Assembly: GCA_036339975.1 (NCBI GenBank)
Contig: JAYYZV010000061.1
Span: forward strand, 1 to 54,496
Reading direction: 5' to 3'
Source of the DNA: Pseudomonadota bacterium
GTDB lineage: Bacteria > Pseudomonadota > Alphaproteobacteria > MPNO01 > UBA830
Length of the DNA stretch: 54,496 bases
Within the stretch, counting starts at the first letter, position 1, and each line of letters begins with the position of its first letter. A program made the position numbers and the translations under genes. Positions 1-10,502 of this stretch are shown here, in pieces. The notes under the pieces were generated by a model. That model saw nothing but the letters and a program-made list of their open reading frames with translations, was not told the origin of the DNA and searched no databases.

Positions 1-751
1 CGACGACAGGCACTAACGGTTCCAGAACACCTTTCTTTGGCGTTTGTGAAAGCTAACAAGCCCAAGCCAGCCAATAACCGTATTAATTTCAGCCTTGAGT
101 AGCTCGATTTATATTCGGCTCCGACGACTTCGCGCGACGTGGAAAATATGCTAGCGCTTCCCCCCCACCTTGATCACCGGTTTTCAACCGGCATTCTGCC
201 TTTCACGGGCAATTATTCGAATTTAATTTACTCTAACGAGCCAATCTCGTGCTGGCCACACTGAATTTCAAAATAAATTTTACGCATAAAATTTCACAAA
301 ACATTTCCGCATAGAGGCGCCCGGGGTTTGGAAGAAGACGTATTCGCCCTTTATGTTTTTCGTCAGCAGCCATAACAAATGCACCTAAAATAGGGTGTCG
401 ATGCATTTCTACTCTTCACGTGCACAAGCAGTATTCTCCAGCGAATATAGAGAGCGCATCAATTAATTTAAAATCGTTATAAAAACATCGGCCTCGCCGT
501 TATCGGGATTCCGGATTGATGGGAGTTTATTGATTTGTTTTTCGTTAATTTTCGGGCTCGAAAACTATTTCCATATTATTACAGTTAATACCTCCGCCAA
601 TATTATGCTCAACGAACATCGAGATAAGGCGCTAAGTGTATGAAATTGTTGGAGTTCCAAGCCATGCGACAGGAAGTTAATTGGATCTATCCAATTTCGA
701 CTAAAAATAGGTTAGGATTACAATGTAAACAGGATAAAGGGACAAAACGAT

Positions 752-1762
752 ATGAAACGCTTCTCACTTATGATTGCGGCAGCAACGCTGATATCAGGCG
801 TGGCTTCTGCCGGGACACTAGACGACGTTAAGAAACGCGGTGTCCTACAATGTGGAATAAATACCGGGCTCGCCGGCTTTGCTTACACAGACGACAATGG
901 AAAATGGGCTGGATTTGACGTCGCCTATTGCAGAGCGCTAGCTGCTGCGGTCCTCGGAAACCCAGACAAAGTAAAATACGTAAACCTCACAGGCAAAAAT
1001 AGATTTCCTGCTCTTGCGTCTGGTGAAATTGATGTCCTTTCAAGGAATACTACTTGGACATTTTCTCGCGACGTAAAGCTTGGATTCACTTTTATTGGGG
1101 TAAGCTATTACGACGGTCAAGGTTTCATTGGACGGAAAAAGCTTGGCGTTAAAAGCGCTAAGGAATTAGATGGCGCATCTATCTGCATTCAAACAGGTAC
1201 TACGACCGAACTTAACCTCGCCGATTTCTTTCGGGTAAATAAAATCAAATACGAGCCAGTACCGATTGAAACGAATGAAGAAGCCCGCAAGGCGTACCTA
1301 GCTGAGCGTTGCGACGTATATACAACCGACGCCTCTGGTCTTGCAGCGACAAAATCAACATTTGCCGACGCTGCTAACCACATGGTTTTTCCGGAAATTA
1401 TTTCGAAGGAACCACTAGGTCCTTTGGTGAGACAGGGCGATGATGCCTGGGCGGATATTGCCCGCTGGACGCTGAATGCCCTCATCAACGCTGAAGAATA
1501 CGGCGTTACCAGGGCCAACATTGGTAGTATGTTGAACGGAACAAAAAATCCTGAGATCAATCGTATGCTTGGCACCGAGGGCAGCCTCGGCGAAATGCTT
1601 GGCCTCCCGAAAGATTGGGCAGTTAAGGCGCTGCTAGCGGGCGGAAACTATGGTGAGATCTTCGAACGTTATCTTGGAGAAAAGACGCCGCTTGGCCTAT
1701 CTCGCGGTTTGAATGCGCTTTGGAGTAACGGTGGAATATTGTACGCACCACCAATGCGTTAA
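752..1762 (+). CDS. aapJ: General L-amino-acid ABC transporter, periplasmic substrate-binding protein (AapJ/BztA type)
   Basis: 336-aa ORF with a signal peptide (MKRFSLMIAAATLISGVASA). Family-3 SBP sequence (GVLQCGINTGLAGFAY, DVLSRNTTWT). AAAGGGA SD upstream. Followed by two permeases and an ATPase in aapJQMP order and sizes. Confidence 0.9.
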   Translation: MKRFSLMIAAATLISGVASAGTLDDVKKRGVLQCGINTGLAGFAYTDDNGKWAGFDVAYCRALAAAVLGNPDKVKYVNLTGKNRFPALASGEIDVLSRNTTWTFSRDVKLGFTFIGVSYYDGQGFIGRKKLGVKSAKELDGASICIQTGTTTELNLADFFRVNKIKYEPVPIETNEEARKAYLAERCDVYTTDASGLAATKSTFADAANHMVFPEIISKEPLGPLVRQGDDAWADIARWTLNALINAEEYGVTRANIGSMLNGTKNPEINRMLGTEGSLGEMLGLPKDWAVKALLAGGNYGEIFERYLGEKTPLGLSRGLNALWSNGGILYAPPMR

Positions 1763-1768
1763 TTTTTA

Positions 1769-1806
1769 CGGGGCTGCCTATACCTATATGCAGCCCCGTT
1801 TTTCTC
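1769..1806 (+). terminator. Rho-independent terminator/attenuator between aapJ and aapQ
   Basis: Perfect 9-bp stem CGGGGCTGC (1769-1777) / GCAGCCCCG (1790-1798) with a 12-nt loop, then TTTTTCTC. This is the typical partial terminator after an SBP gene. Confidence 0.8.
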
Positions 1807-1855
1807 AAAATTAAACAAACTGGCAGATCACTAAAATGCTAGGAAGTCTGCCCCA

Positions 1856-3022
1856 ATGATCGACCGTATAACCTTTCGTAACATATGGTTCGACAGACGG
1901 GGCCGAGGATACCTACTGCAACTCCTCGTACTATTCTGCGTTGCAGCTTTCTTGGCTGTTATAGCCACAAATACAATCGCTAACTTGCAAAGAGCAGGTC
2001 TTACGTCTGGTTTCGGGTTTCTCGACGATCAGGCTTTTTTCGACATTAACCAGCGTCTAATTGAATACACCTCGCAGTCTTCCTTCGGAAGGGCTCTAAT
2101 TGTTGGTCTTTTAAACACTGTTCTGGTTTCAAGCCTTGGAATAATAACCGCCACTTTAATTGGTTTTATTGCAGGAATACTGAGGCTTTCAAATAACTGG
2201 CTTGTTAGTCGACTTATCACGTCTTACGTAGAGATCACACGAAATGTGCCACTTCTGCTGCAGATCATTCTTTGGTGGGCGATTTTAACAAGCCTGCCAA
2301 AAGTTCGAGAGAGTATGTCTATCTTTGGTGCATTCTTCCTGAACAATCGCGGATTACGCGCACCATCCCCAAATTTTGAAGCTCCATTTCTATGGGTATG
2401 CGTTGCGGTATTGTTTTGCTTATTCGTCACAGTGGCTATCTCTATTTGGTCGCGCCGGCGGCAAAAACTTACTGGGAAGACCTTTCCTGTGGTCCTTTCT
2501 GGCCTATTCCTTCTGGTCATCGTACCGATCTTTGTTTTCAACCTATTAGGCCAACCGATCAGCTGGGATATACCCGCAAGGACACGTTTCAATTTTCGAG
2601 GCGGGTTCAATATTACTCCCGAACTACTTGCGCTTTGGATTGCCCTTGCCACATACACGGGAGCTTTCATCTCTGAAATTGTAAGAGCAGGCATTCTTTC
2701 CGTCAGTACCGGACAGTCTGAAGCGGCTCTATCGCTCGGCCTTCGGAAAAATCAGACAATGCGCTTGATAATTATACCTCAAGCACTCCGCGTGATTATC
2801 CCACCGTTGACAAGTCAGTATTTAAATTTGACGAAAAATTCATCGTTGGCGATCGCAATCGGCTATCAGGATCTCGTCTCTATTGGCGGGACTATTCTTA
2901 ACCAAAGCGGGCACGCTCTTGAAGTCGTCGCAATCTGGATGGTTGTATACCTCAGCCTCAGTTTAGCCACCTCGGCGTTTATGAACTGGTATAACAAGCG
3001 AATATCGTTGGTGGAACGCTGA
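1856..3022 (+). CDS. aapQ: Amino-acid ABC transporter permease (AapQ/BztB type)
   Basis: 388-aa polytopic membrane ORF. EAA-type permease loop SEAALSLGLRKNQTMRLIIIPQALRVIIPP. Position and length match AapQ. Confidence 0.85.
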   Translation: MIDRITFRNIWFDRRGRGYLLQLLVLFCVAAFLAVIATNTIANLQRAGLTSGFGFLDDQAFFDINQRLIEYTSQSSFGRALIVGLLNTVLVSSLGIITATLIGFIAGILRLSNNWLVSRLITSYVEITRNVPLLLQIILWWAILTSLPKVRESMSIFGAFFLNNRGLRAPSPNFEAPFLWVCVAVLFCLFVTVAISIWSRRRQKLTGKTFPVVLSGLFLLVIVPIFVFNLLGQPISWDIPARTRFNFRGGFNITPELLALWIALATYTGAFISEIVRAGILSVSTGQSEAALSLGLRKNQTMRLIIIPQALRVIIPPLTSQYLNLTKNSSLAIAIGYQDLVSIGGTILNQSGHALEVVAIWMVVYLSLSLATSAFMNWYNKRISLVER

Positions 3023-3024
3023 TC

Positions 3025-4128
3025 ATGAGTGCTTCGAGCGATACAATTAAGCAGTACAAAGAGGCCCGCCCGCCCCCTATTGCATCGACAGGGATTATAG
3101 GCTGGCTGCGCCAGAATCTCTTTTCGAGCATGTCAAATACGGCTTTAACTCTCGTCGCCATTTATCTTCTCACGCTGGCAATACCGGCAATTTTGGACTG
3201 GGTGTTTCTAAGCTCCCAAATTTCTGGGGACACCAGGTTTGACTGTAAAGTGGAGGGAGCTTGCTGGGCCTGGATAGATCAACGCTTTGGACAATTTCTG
3301 TTCGGGTTTTACCCGGCCGGCGAAAGATGGCGAGTTGTAATCGCTTTTATACTTTTATTCCCGGCGCTCATTCCTTGGTTAACCCACGGCACACCAGGGC
3401 AACGTTACCTTCGATGGTTTTCGGTTGCTTACCCAGTGATTGCCACCATTTTGTTGGCGGGGGGATTTGGCCTTCAGGAAGTCCCAACGGACAAGTTTGG
3501 TGGGTTTATGCTAAATTTGATTGTGGGGCTTTCCGGGATTGTTCTGTCCCTCCCGGTTGGAATACTGCTAGCCCTCGGTAGGCAGTCAAAATTACCGCTG
3601 ATCAGGTGGTTCTCAATCGGCTTCATCGAAGCTGTCAGAGGTGTTCCTCTGATAACGTTGTTGTTCGTATCCAATATCCTCTTACCAATTTTCCTACCGC
3701 CGGATGTGACACTGGATTCGATCATTCGCGTTATCATAATGGTCACGGCTTTTGCCTCCGCTTACATGGCGGAGGTCATTCGAGGGGGGCTGCAGGCAAT
3801 ACCTTCAGGTCAATACGAAGCCGCACACGCAATGGGTTTAAATTACTGGAAATCGATGCGACTAATTATACTTCCTCAAGCCCTGAGAATATCAATTCCC
3901 GGCATCGTCAATACATTTACAGGGCTCTTTAAAGATACGACGCTGGTGATCGTAATCGGTCTTTTTGATATCCTTGGAATTGCTAACGCAATGGTTTCCA
4001 ACCCTGACTGGCTTGGGTTATCGACCGAGACTTATGTTTTTGTTGCAGTGTTCTTTTTCGCGGTTTGTTTTTCGATGTCACGTTACTCGATGTGGCTAGA
4101 ACGACGCCTAGGCAAGCAACGGCATTAG
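3025..4128 (+). CDS. aapM: Amino-acid ABC transporter permease (AapM/BztC type)
   Basis: 367-aa membrane ORF starting 3 nt after the aapQ stop. EAA loop [30 protein letters not shown]. Confidence 0.85.
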   Translation: MSASSDTIKQYKEARPPPIASTGIIGWLRQNLFSSMSNTALTLVAIYLLTLAIPAILDWVFLSSQISGDTRFDCKVEGACWAWIDQRFGQFLFGFYPAGERWRVVIAFILLFPALIPWLTHGTPGQRYLRWFSVAYPVIATILLAGGFGLQEVPTDKFGGFMLNLIVGLSGIVLSLPVGILLALGRQSKLPLIRWFSIGFIEAVRGVPLITLLFVSNILLPIFLPPDVTLDSIIRVIIMVTAFASAYMAEVIRGGLQAIPSGQYEAAHAMGLNYWKSMRLIILPQALRISIPGIVNTFTGLFKDTTLVIVIGLFDILGIANAMVSNPDWLGLSTETYVFVAVFFFAVCFSMSRYSMWLERRLGKQRH

Positions 4129-4139
4129 GAGGCCAGATC

Positions 4140-4910
4140 GTGAACAATTCTGAATCAAATAAATCAAACAATCGTCGCCCAGTTATAGACATTGAAGGGC
4201 TCAATAAATGGTTCGGTTCATTCCATGTGTTGCGGGACATATCACTATCTGTAGAACAGGGTGAAAAAATAGTCATTTGCGGTCCCTCGGGAAGTGGCAA
4301 ATCGACACTGATACGTTGTATCAATTTTTTAGAGGAACATCAGGAAGGACAGATAGTTGTTGATGGCATCGAGTTAACTGGGGATTTAAAAAACATTGAT
4401 GCTGTGCGTAGAGAGGTTGGAATGGTTTTTCAATCATTCAATCTATTTCCCCACCTATCTGTCATTGAAAATTGTACACTGGCGCCAATCTGGGTCCGAA
4501 AGACGCCACATGCAGAAGCAGAAGAACTCGCAATGGAGTATCTCGAGCGGGTAAAAATTCCAGAACAGGCTCACAAGTATCCTGGACAGTTATCTGGAGG
4601 ACAACAGCAAAGGGTCGCTATCGCGCGTTCCTTGTGCATGAAGCCCAAAATAATGTTGTTCGATGAACCCACTTCAGCTCTTGATCCAGAGATGATCAAG
4701 GAAGTCTTGGACGTTATGGTCGACCTAGCGGATTCGGGGATGACAATGCTTGTTGTCACCCATGAAATGGGTTTCGCAGCACAAGTCGCTGATCAAGTTA
4801 TTTTTATGGATGAAGGTCAGATTGTTGAGCAAAACACACCTGATGAGTTTTTCGAGAACCCTCAATCCGACCGGACAAAACTGTTTTTAAGCCAAATACT
4901 TAGCCATTGA
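4140..4910 (+). CDS. aapP: Amino-acid ABC transporter ATP-binding protein (AapP/BztD type)
   Basis: Walker [10 protein letters not shown], signature [13 protein letters not shown], Walker [13 protein letters not shown] prefer the in-frame GTG at 4140 (AGGAGG at 4127-4132, 7-nt spacing, 11 nt after the aapM stop) over the track start 4065, which overlaps aapM by 64 nt. Confidence 0.9.
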   Translation: MNNSESNKSNNRRPVIDIEGLNKWFGSFHVLRDISLSVEQGEKIVICGPSGSGKSTLIRCINFLEEHQEGQIVVDGIELTGDLKNIDAVRREVGMVFQSFNLFPHLSVIENCTLAPIWVRKTPHAEAEELAMEYLERVKIPEQAHKYPGQLSGGQQQRVAIARSLCMKPKIMLFDEPTSALDPEMIKEVLDVMVDLADSGMTMLVVTHEMGFAAQVADQVIFMDEGQIVEQNTPDEFFENPQSDRTKLFLSQILSH

Positions 4911-5009
4911 ATTTTTTTATTTGTTTGGTTTATTTGTCGGCGCTAATGACGTTAATGCTTACCCCGCATAACTCAGGAAAGTGAATAATATGGGGTGGGC
5001 GGGTAAACG

Positions 5010-6728
5010 CTAGCTTGGACCGCAAACGACGTTGACCAGCGCCTGGCGCTTTTCGCCGGTCACGACATCCACGGCTTTATCCAGTGTATCCATCAAATCT
5101 CTCGGTTCGGTAACCCGAAACCCTGCGCCTCCCGAGACTTCGACTGCCTTTTCGTAGTGCTGATCAACCGTGAAATGCGTTAACGGTTGGCGGTTTGCCT
5201 TAGCGGCGTATCCTTCTGGCTCCAGCCCTAGCGTGGACCTGTGTACAGCCTGCCAATGCTGGTTGTTGAACACTATCCAAAGGATAGGCAAATTCTGTTC
5301 GGCAGCCACGTAATGACATGACACCGGCACATTGAACATATAGGCCCCGTCGCCCTCCGTACCGATGACCAACTTATCCGGAGCAGCGAGTTGGGCGCCC
5401 AGCGCAACGCCCAGTCCGTGCCCCAGACCTGACGCCGCCCCGGCATTCAGCATCGTCCCCGGACGGTCGGTATCGATGTATTGCTGCATCAGCGGTGATT
5501 CCCGGACCATTATCGTATCCGGTTCGCGGAGTTCGTTGAGGCAGTGGGACAAAAATGCCGGGCTTATTGGCGATTGTTCCTTTTCAGCACTTAGCTTCGC
5601 CTCCCATTCATCTTCCAGTTTCTCGTGCGCCCTCGTAATGCGGTCTCTTCGGGTAGAGATTTTATCCGAAGCCGTTTTTTCAAATTGTGACATGGCGGGA
5701 ATTAAGGCGCGAAAACCGATATCCGCCGGGCAGGTCAATGAAATGTCGGCCGGAAACCCCCGGACTGGGACCATCGTATACATCGGGTCCGCCGCGATAT
5801 GAACTACCTTGCAATCGTCAGGCGGCGTCACCTGCGAAGGCAGCCACGGCACCACCGTATCGAACACGATAATTACATCGGCGTCGGCGACATAGGGATT
5901 AGGATTATAACCGGCATGCATCGGATGGCGTGGTGACATCGCGGTGGCACGGTTACGGTACTCGACAACCGGGATAGCAAACCTCTCCGCAAGGTCCGAC
6001 AGCGGCACCATAACCCCTGGATTACGCCCCCCCCAATTGGTGATCATGACCGGTCGCTCGGCATTTGCCAGCAGAGATGCGACCTCGTCCACCATATTGG
6101 GGTCGGGCCACGGTGGCGAGGCCGGCTGAACGCGGTTCGGGGAGTCAAAACTGAACTCGTCCATTTTGATGGATAGCACCTCCCGCGGTAACGACAAATA
6201 TACGGGCCCACGAGGCTCACTCATCGCTACCGACAGCGCGCGGTCGACTATCCCGGCGACCTGTTCGCCATTGCGTAGCTCGTAATCCCATTTGACAGCT
6301 TCGCGCGTCATTGCCGCTTGATCGTACATCTCCTGTGTCCAATGGATATCGAGACTGCGATGTCCCTTAAGGGTATCTTCGTTCGTCGGCGTGCGTCCCG
6401 CCGTGAACAGCATCGGAATATACCCCCGTGCCGCATTCAGCAGTCCGTTCATACCATTTGCGGTACCTACGTTGACGTGCATCATCGTCATCTGCGGCCG
6501 GCCAGAAATCATATAATGGCCAATGGCCATGTGCTGGGCGGTGTTCTCGTGTGGGCAAGTCACAGGCTCGGGTATTGGCGTACCCAGGGCCTGAGCTTTC
6601 GCAAGCGCCTCAATCAACGGCGCGAAATCAGTCCCTGCATTAGCAAAAAGGTAGTCGACACCACGGTCTGCCAACACCGATAGATAAGCGTCGGCTACGG
6701 TGCAATCTTTCAACGTCTTCTTCGGCAC
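5010..6728 (-). CDS. Thiamine-diphosphate-dependent enzyme (acetolactate synthase / benzoylformate decarboxylase superfamily), substrate unknown
   Basis: 572 aa. Pyr domain with catalytic Glu (PHENTAQHMAIGH). ThDP-Mg motif GDG-x26-NN (GTEGDGAYMFN...IVFNNQ). GTG start with GGGGGTGA SD. Last gene of the UbiD operon. Confidence 0.85.
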   Translation of the reverse strand: MPKKTLKDCTVADAYLSVLADRGVDYLFANAGTDFAPLIEALAKAQALGTPIPEPVTCPHENTAQHMAIGHYMISGRPQMTMMHVNVGTANGMNGLLNAARGYIPMLFTAGRTPTNEDTLKGHRSLDIHWTQEMYDQAAMTREAVKWDYELRNGEQVAGIVDRALSVAMSEPRGPVYLSLPREVLSIKMDEFSFDSPNRVQPASPPWPDPNMVDEVASLLANAERPVMITNWGGRNPGVMVPLSDLAERFAIPVVEYRNRATAMSPRHPMHAGYNPNPYVADADVIIVFDTVVPWLPSQVTPPDDCKVVHIAADPMYTMVPVRGFPADISLTCPADIGFRALIPAMSQFEKTASDKISTRRDRITRAHEKLEDEWEAKLSAEKEQSPISPAFLSHCLNELREPDTIMVRESPLMQQYIDTDRPGTMLNAGAASGLGHGLGVALGAQLAAPDKLVIGTEGDGAYMFNVPVSCHYVAAEQNLPILWIVFNNQHWQAVHRSTLGLEPEGYAAKANRQPLTHFTVDQHYEKAVEVSGGAGFRVTEPRDLMDTLDKAVDVVTGEKRQALVNVVCGPS

Positions 6729-6926
6729 GTTTCACCCCCAACCTTATAAATTGTCGCAAAGCATGCCTCTTTGGAGACTTGATGGCAAAATCTGTCGACT
6801 TTGCTCTCACGGCGCAAACCAATAACTCAGATCGAATATCGGACCACCCAGGAGACGATGCAGGTCCTGTACAAACATTATTCCGCGAGCCTTCTATAGT
6901 CCGCCGGCCGGAATTTTGGGTTGTCC

Positions 6927-8576
6927 CTAGTCTTCGTCCTCTCCCCTTAAGGTCCTGACCTCGGTATTCATGGTCAGGTCGCTGCGGCGACGCTGTGCAA
7001 TAATTTCGCCGGTCTTGAAATAGTCGCTCTCGACGGCACGCTGAGCCATCACATCGAACTCCTCTTCCCATTCTCCCAGAGAATAGCCATGCCATGGCAC
7101 TTGAGGCTTGAGTTCGGGAAGTCCAAGTTCATCCCAGATCTCCTTAGCATTTTCCATATATTCCTTTTTCGGAAGAGAGATCGGCGGAAAATCCTCCTTG
7201 AGAGTTGCGTCAAATAGGACCGAAGCGTCTTCTCCACCATTGCGGGCGCTACGCGGACCATGACCCGAGTCCCGGTGTTTCAGGATTTCGACGTCGAGCG
7301 CTGGATTGGCGCGGTAAGCCATCGCCCAGAAAACAGCATCTGCATTGTTCGGGTCGATGTCGTCGTTAACTGCGATCACGTACTTCCCCGCCGCCCGATG
7401 CAACGATGCGGCTCCATACATGGCACGCCAAATCTCCGTCGTCGGCATACCGCGCTCGCAAATTATGACTATCAGTTTGCGGATGTTCGTCAACGGCTCG
7501 TGCATCGACACGCGGATCACGCCTTTTATACCTAGGTGATCGCGGAGGTGCTCCGTGAACATTGGCTCGTAGGCAACTCGTTTAATAACAGAGGATTCCG
7601 AAGGCGTTACTTGGCTGATAATTGAGGTAAGGATTGCATCCCGCTTCCTCGTGATGCAGGTGACATCCATATAGGCGTTATATTCCTGAAGGTTCACGTG
7701 CCCGTGGGACTCACCGAAAGGTGCTTCAGGTTCTAAGTACTCGGTATCAATATAACCCTCGATAACGATTTCGGCTTCCGCCGGCACCAGAAGATCGACG
7801 GTCTTCGCCTTAACGACGTTGATCGGCGAGCCCGCTAGCGCACCAGCAACCCGGAATTCGTCAAGGTCCTCCGTCAGCTTGATCGCAGACGTGAACGTAA
7901 CCGATGGGGGGGCGCCAAGCACCACGGCTGCCGGCATCTTTTCTCCGCGTTTTTTATACTTTTCCCAGTGGATATAGATACCAGGACGGAGTTCCAAGGA
8001 CGGGTTCATACCCATCCGCTTCTGACCTTTGATCTGTCCGCGGTAGTTACCCATATTCTGGATTCCGCTGTCAGGATCCTTGGTGATATATTGGGACAAC
8101 GTCGTATAGGGGGCGTTATCCCAGCCCGGCGTTGATATTGGCACCGGGACACCATCAAGACCCTGCCCTTCGATATCCAAGTCGTCGCCCTGCCAGACTA
8201 TTTCTTGACACGGAGCGTCGTTAACTTCGACCGGATCGACCGGGTTCGCCATCGCCTGTTTCCAAGTCGCCTCAATCTCTTCGAGCTCGCAACCTATGCC
8301 GGTGCGATAGATATCTCGGCTCGCCGCCAGAACCCCGACGGCTACCGGGATATCAAATTTCCGTCCCTTTGAATCGACGACGTTGGTGAAAAGGAATGCC
8401 TTTCGGTCCTTCTCTTCAAGACCGCCGCGGAACTGCCAGCGCACCAACGGATGCAGTTCGGTATCCTTATTGATTTCCCGGTCGACCTTTACAAGAAGCC
8501 CTCGCCGGTCAAGCTCTTTCAGGTGGTCATGCAGGTCGGGATAGTCACGTTTCAAGGTCTTTTCGTTAGTTACCAT
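6927..8576 (-). CDS. UbiD-family (prFMN-dependent) decarboxylase/carboxylase, paralog 1
   Basis: 549 aa. UbiD hallmarks HPLVRWQ, IQNMGNYRG, YIHW and EAPFGESHGH (E-R-E and metal-ligand positions of Fdc1/UbiD). About 60-aa C-terminal extension shared with paralogs 2 and 3. Confidence 0.9.
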   Translation of the reverse strand: MVTNEKTLKRDYPDLHDHLKELDRRGLLVKVDREINKDTELHPLVRWQFRGGLEEKDRKAFLFTNVVDSKGRKFDIPVAVGVLAASRDIYRTGIGCELEEIEATWKQAMANPVDPVEVNDAPCQEIVWQGDDLDIEGQGLDGVPVPISTPGWDNAPYTTLSQYITKDPDSGIQNMGNYRGQIKGQKRMGMNPSLELRPGIYIHWEKYKKRGEKMPAAVVLGAPPSVTFTSAIKLTEDLDEFRVAGALAGSPINVVKAKTVDLLVPAEAEIVIEGYIDTEYLEPEAPFGESHGHVNLQEYNAYMDVTCITRKRDAILTSIISQVTPSESSVIKRVAYEPMFTEHLRDHLGIKGVIRVSMHEPLTNIRKLIVIICERGMPTTEIWRAMYGAASLHRAAGKYVIAVNDDIDPNNADAVFWAMAYRANPALDVEILKHRDSGHGPRSARNGGEDASVLFDATLKEDFPPISLPKKEYMENAKEIWDELGLPELKPQVPWHGYSLGEWEEEFDVMAQRAVESDYFKTGEIIAQRRRSDLTMNTEVRTLRGEDED

Positions 8577-8742
8577 ATTTCGCGTTCCAGTCTGGGCAGT
8601 TTCTGTGGTTGATCCAGAGGCCGAAATTGTGCGTCACCACATTGCCGAACCGCCACCAACAACCGCCGTTTTGCCTGTTGCCACAGCGACACGTCGATCC
8701 AGTTTTGCAATTATCAAATCATTCCGCCAAACATACAGTCCG

Positions 8743-10470
8743 TCATTTATCTTTAACCTGGGAGGCATCTTCCAGCTTGTCCCAGGTCAGGCTCTCGTCA
8801 ACATCATCACCGGCGCCGGGATTTCCCATATCGAGGGTGCGCACCTCGGTGTTGATGGGTACGTCGCCTCTTCGGCGCTGGGCGATGATCTGACCCGTGG
8901 TCCAGTACTCGCTCTTTACCGCCCGGCGGGCCATCGCCTCAAGTCCGGCATTCCATTCACCAAGATCGTAACCGAACCACGGCGCCTTAGGCTTAAGCTT
9001 AGGCAACCCGAGATCCTCCCATATTTTTTTCGCCTTTTCCATATACTCGCGTTTGGGTAACGAGACTGGCGGGAATGTCTCCTTAAGGGTGGCGTCAATC
9101 AGTACGGCGCTGTCTTCAGAATCCAGTAGGCTCCTAGGACCGTGCCCTTCATGCTTGTGCTTCAGTATCTCTACGTCGTTATGCGGTTTGCACCGATAGG
9201 ACATCGCCCAGAAGACGGCGTCGGTATCATCCGGATCGATGTCTTCATTGACAGCGATGATCCACTTTCCTTCTGCCTGACGCAAAGAAGCAACGCCATA
9301 CATCGCTCTCCAGATTTCTGTCCGCGGGACCCCGCGCTCTAATACGATGATAATCAACTTATGGAGCGAGGTCAGCGGCTCGTGAGTGGAAACGTGCTTA
9401 ACACCCTTAATACCCAGATGATCTCGCAGGTGTTCAATCTGACGCGCTTCATAGGCAGGACGTTTAATGGTTCCTGATTCCGATGGTGTTACCTGGCTTA
9501 CCCAGGATGTCATTACGGATTTTTCGCGCCTGGTAATCGCCGTAATATCCAGATAGGCGTTATATTCCTGTAGGTTAACGTGACCATGCGACTCCCCGAA
9601 CGGAGCTTCAGGCTCTAGAAGCTCCGTCGACACAAAACCCTCGATGACGATCTCAGATTCAGCGGGCACGATAAGATCAACCGTCTTGCATTTTGTAACA
9701 TTCAGCGGCGCGCCGGCGAGACCGCCGGACACCGCCAGCTCATCCAACTTCTCAGGCACTTTCTGCACAGCGGTAAAAGAGACTACCGGTGGCGCTCCGA
9801 TCACGACAGCGACGGGCATCGGCTTGCCAAGCTTTTTCCATTCCAGCCAATGCATATATCCACCGGTGCGGAGTTCTGTTGACGGGTTCATACCGAGTCT
9901 GTTTGGCGCCTTAACCATCCCGCGGTAATTGCCCATGTTCTGGACGCCTGTATTCGGATCCTTGGTAATAAAGTGTGAAGACGAGAAGTAAGGGGCATTA
10001 TCCCAACCCGGCGATGAAATCGGAACCGGAATGGCGTCCAGCCCATTTCCATTCAGAAGGTCGTCACCCTGAAATACCAAATCATGGCAAGGTGCGTCGC
10101 CATCCGGAACCATATTAGGTTTGAGTGGATTGTTGATGGCATTGATCCAAGTATTTTTCAGTTCCTTTAAGTCGCAACGCATGCCGAGTTGATAAATTTC
10201 CTGATTACCTGCCAACCCACAGACCAATACCGGAATGTCATACTTCCGCCCCTTGGAGTCCGAAATGTTCGTAAACAGAAAAGCCTTCCGATCTTCTTCT
10301 TCAATGCCGCCACGAAACTGCCAACGGACCAGCGGGTGCATTTCCGTGTCCTTGTTAATCTCCCTATCAATCTCGATCAGAAGGTTTTTCGCCCGAAGCT
10401 CCTCAATATGTTCGTGAAGGTCGGTGTATCCGCGATCTTCCAACGTCATACCAGCCGTTTTCGTTACCAT
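8743..10470 (-). CDS. UbiD-family (prFMN-dependent) decarboxylase/carboxylase, paralog 2
   Basis: 575 aa, full-length homolog of 6927-8576. Motifs VQNMGNYRG, YMHW and EAPFGESHGH. GGAGG SD 9 nt before the ATG at 10470. Extra acidic tail (GNPGAGDDVDESLTWDKLEDASQVKDK). Confidence 0.9.
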   Translation of the reverse strand: MVTKTAGMTLEDRGYTDLHEHIEELRAKNLLIEIDREINKDTEMHPLVRWQFRGGIEEEDRKAFLFTNISDSKGRKYDIPVLVCGLAGNQEIYQLGMRCDLKELKNTWINAINNPLKPNMVPDGDAPCHDLVFQGDDLLNGNGLDAIPVPISSPGWDNAPYFSSSHFITKDPNTGVQNMGNYRGMVKAPNRLGMNPSTELRTGGYMHWLEWKKLGKPMPVAVVIGAPPVVSFTAVQKVPEKLDELAVSGGLAGAPLNVTKCKTVDLIVPAESEIVIEGFVSTELLEPEAPFGESHGHVNLQEYNAYLDITAITRREKSVMTSWVSQVTPSESGTIKRPAYEARQIEHLRDHLGIKGVKHVSTHEPLTSLHKLIIIVLERGVPRTEIWRAMYGVASLRQAEGKWIIAVNEDIDPDDTDAVFWAMSYRCKPHNDVEILKHKHEGHGPRSLLDSEDSAVLIDATLKETFPPVSLPKREYMEKAKKIWEDLGLPKLKPKAPWFGYDLGEWNAGLEAMARRAVKSEYWTTGQIIAQRRRGDVPINTEVRTLDMGNPGAGDDVDESLTWDKLEDASQVKDK

Positions 10471-10502
10471 CTCACTAGCCTCCGGTCGTGTTATCTGATT
10501 TT

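Noticed and set aside
37-53. Sigma54-like TGGCG-N-…GC element
   Set aside because: The GG-to-GC spacing is off by one from TGGCAC-N5-TTGC, and the element is about 700 nt from aapJ. A second candidate at about 252-266 (TGGCCACACTGAATT) lacks the -12 GC.
640-831. 63-aa ORF overlapping the aapJ start
   Set aside because: It lies in the AT-rich leader with no SD. Its composition is not protein-like. It overlaps the well-supported aapJ start in another frame.
4065-4139. Upstream extension of aapP given in the ORF track
   Set aside because: It would overlap aapM by 64 nt. The GTG at 4140 has a proper AGGAGG SD and gives the canonical 256-aa ATPase.
6867-6878. Possible fourth copy of the TTGTnTGTnnACAnACAA box in the ubiD1-ThDP spacer (minus strand ATGTTTGTACAG)
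   Set aside because: Only one half-site matches. The second arm is absent (AGG.CCTG), so it is compatible with a chance TGTACA occurrence.
8577-8742. Possible small subunit gene in the 166-nt spacer between UbiD paralogs 2 and 1
   Set aside because: On the minus strand the only candidates are a 10-codon ATG ORF and a 40-codon GTG ORF that overlaps the paralog 1 start. Neither has an SD or a recognisable sequence, so there is no support for a PpcC-like small subunit.
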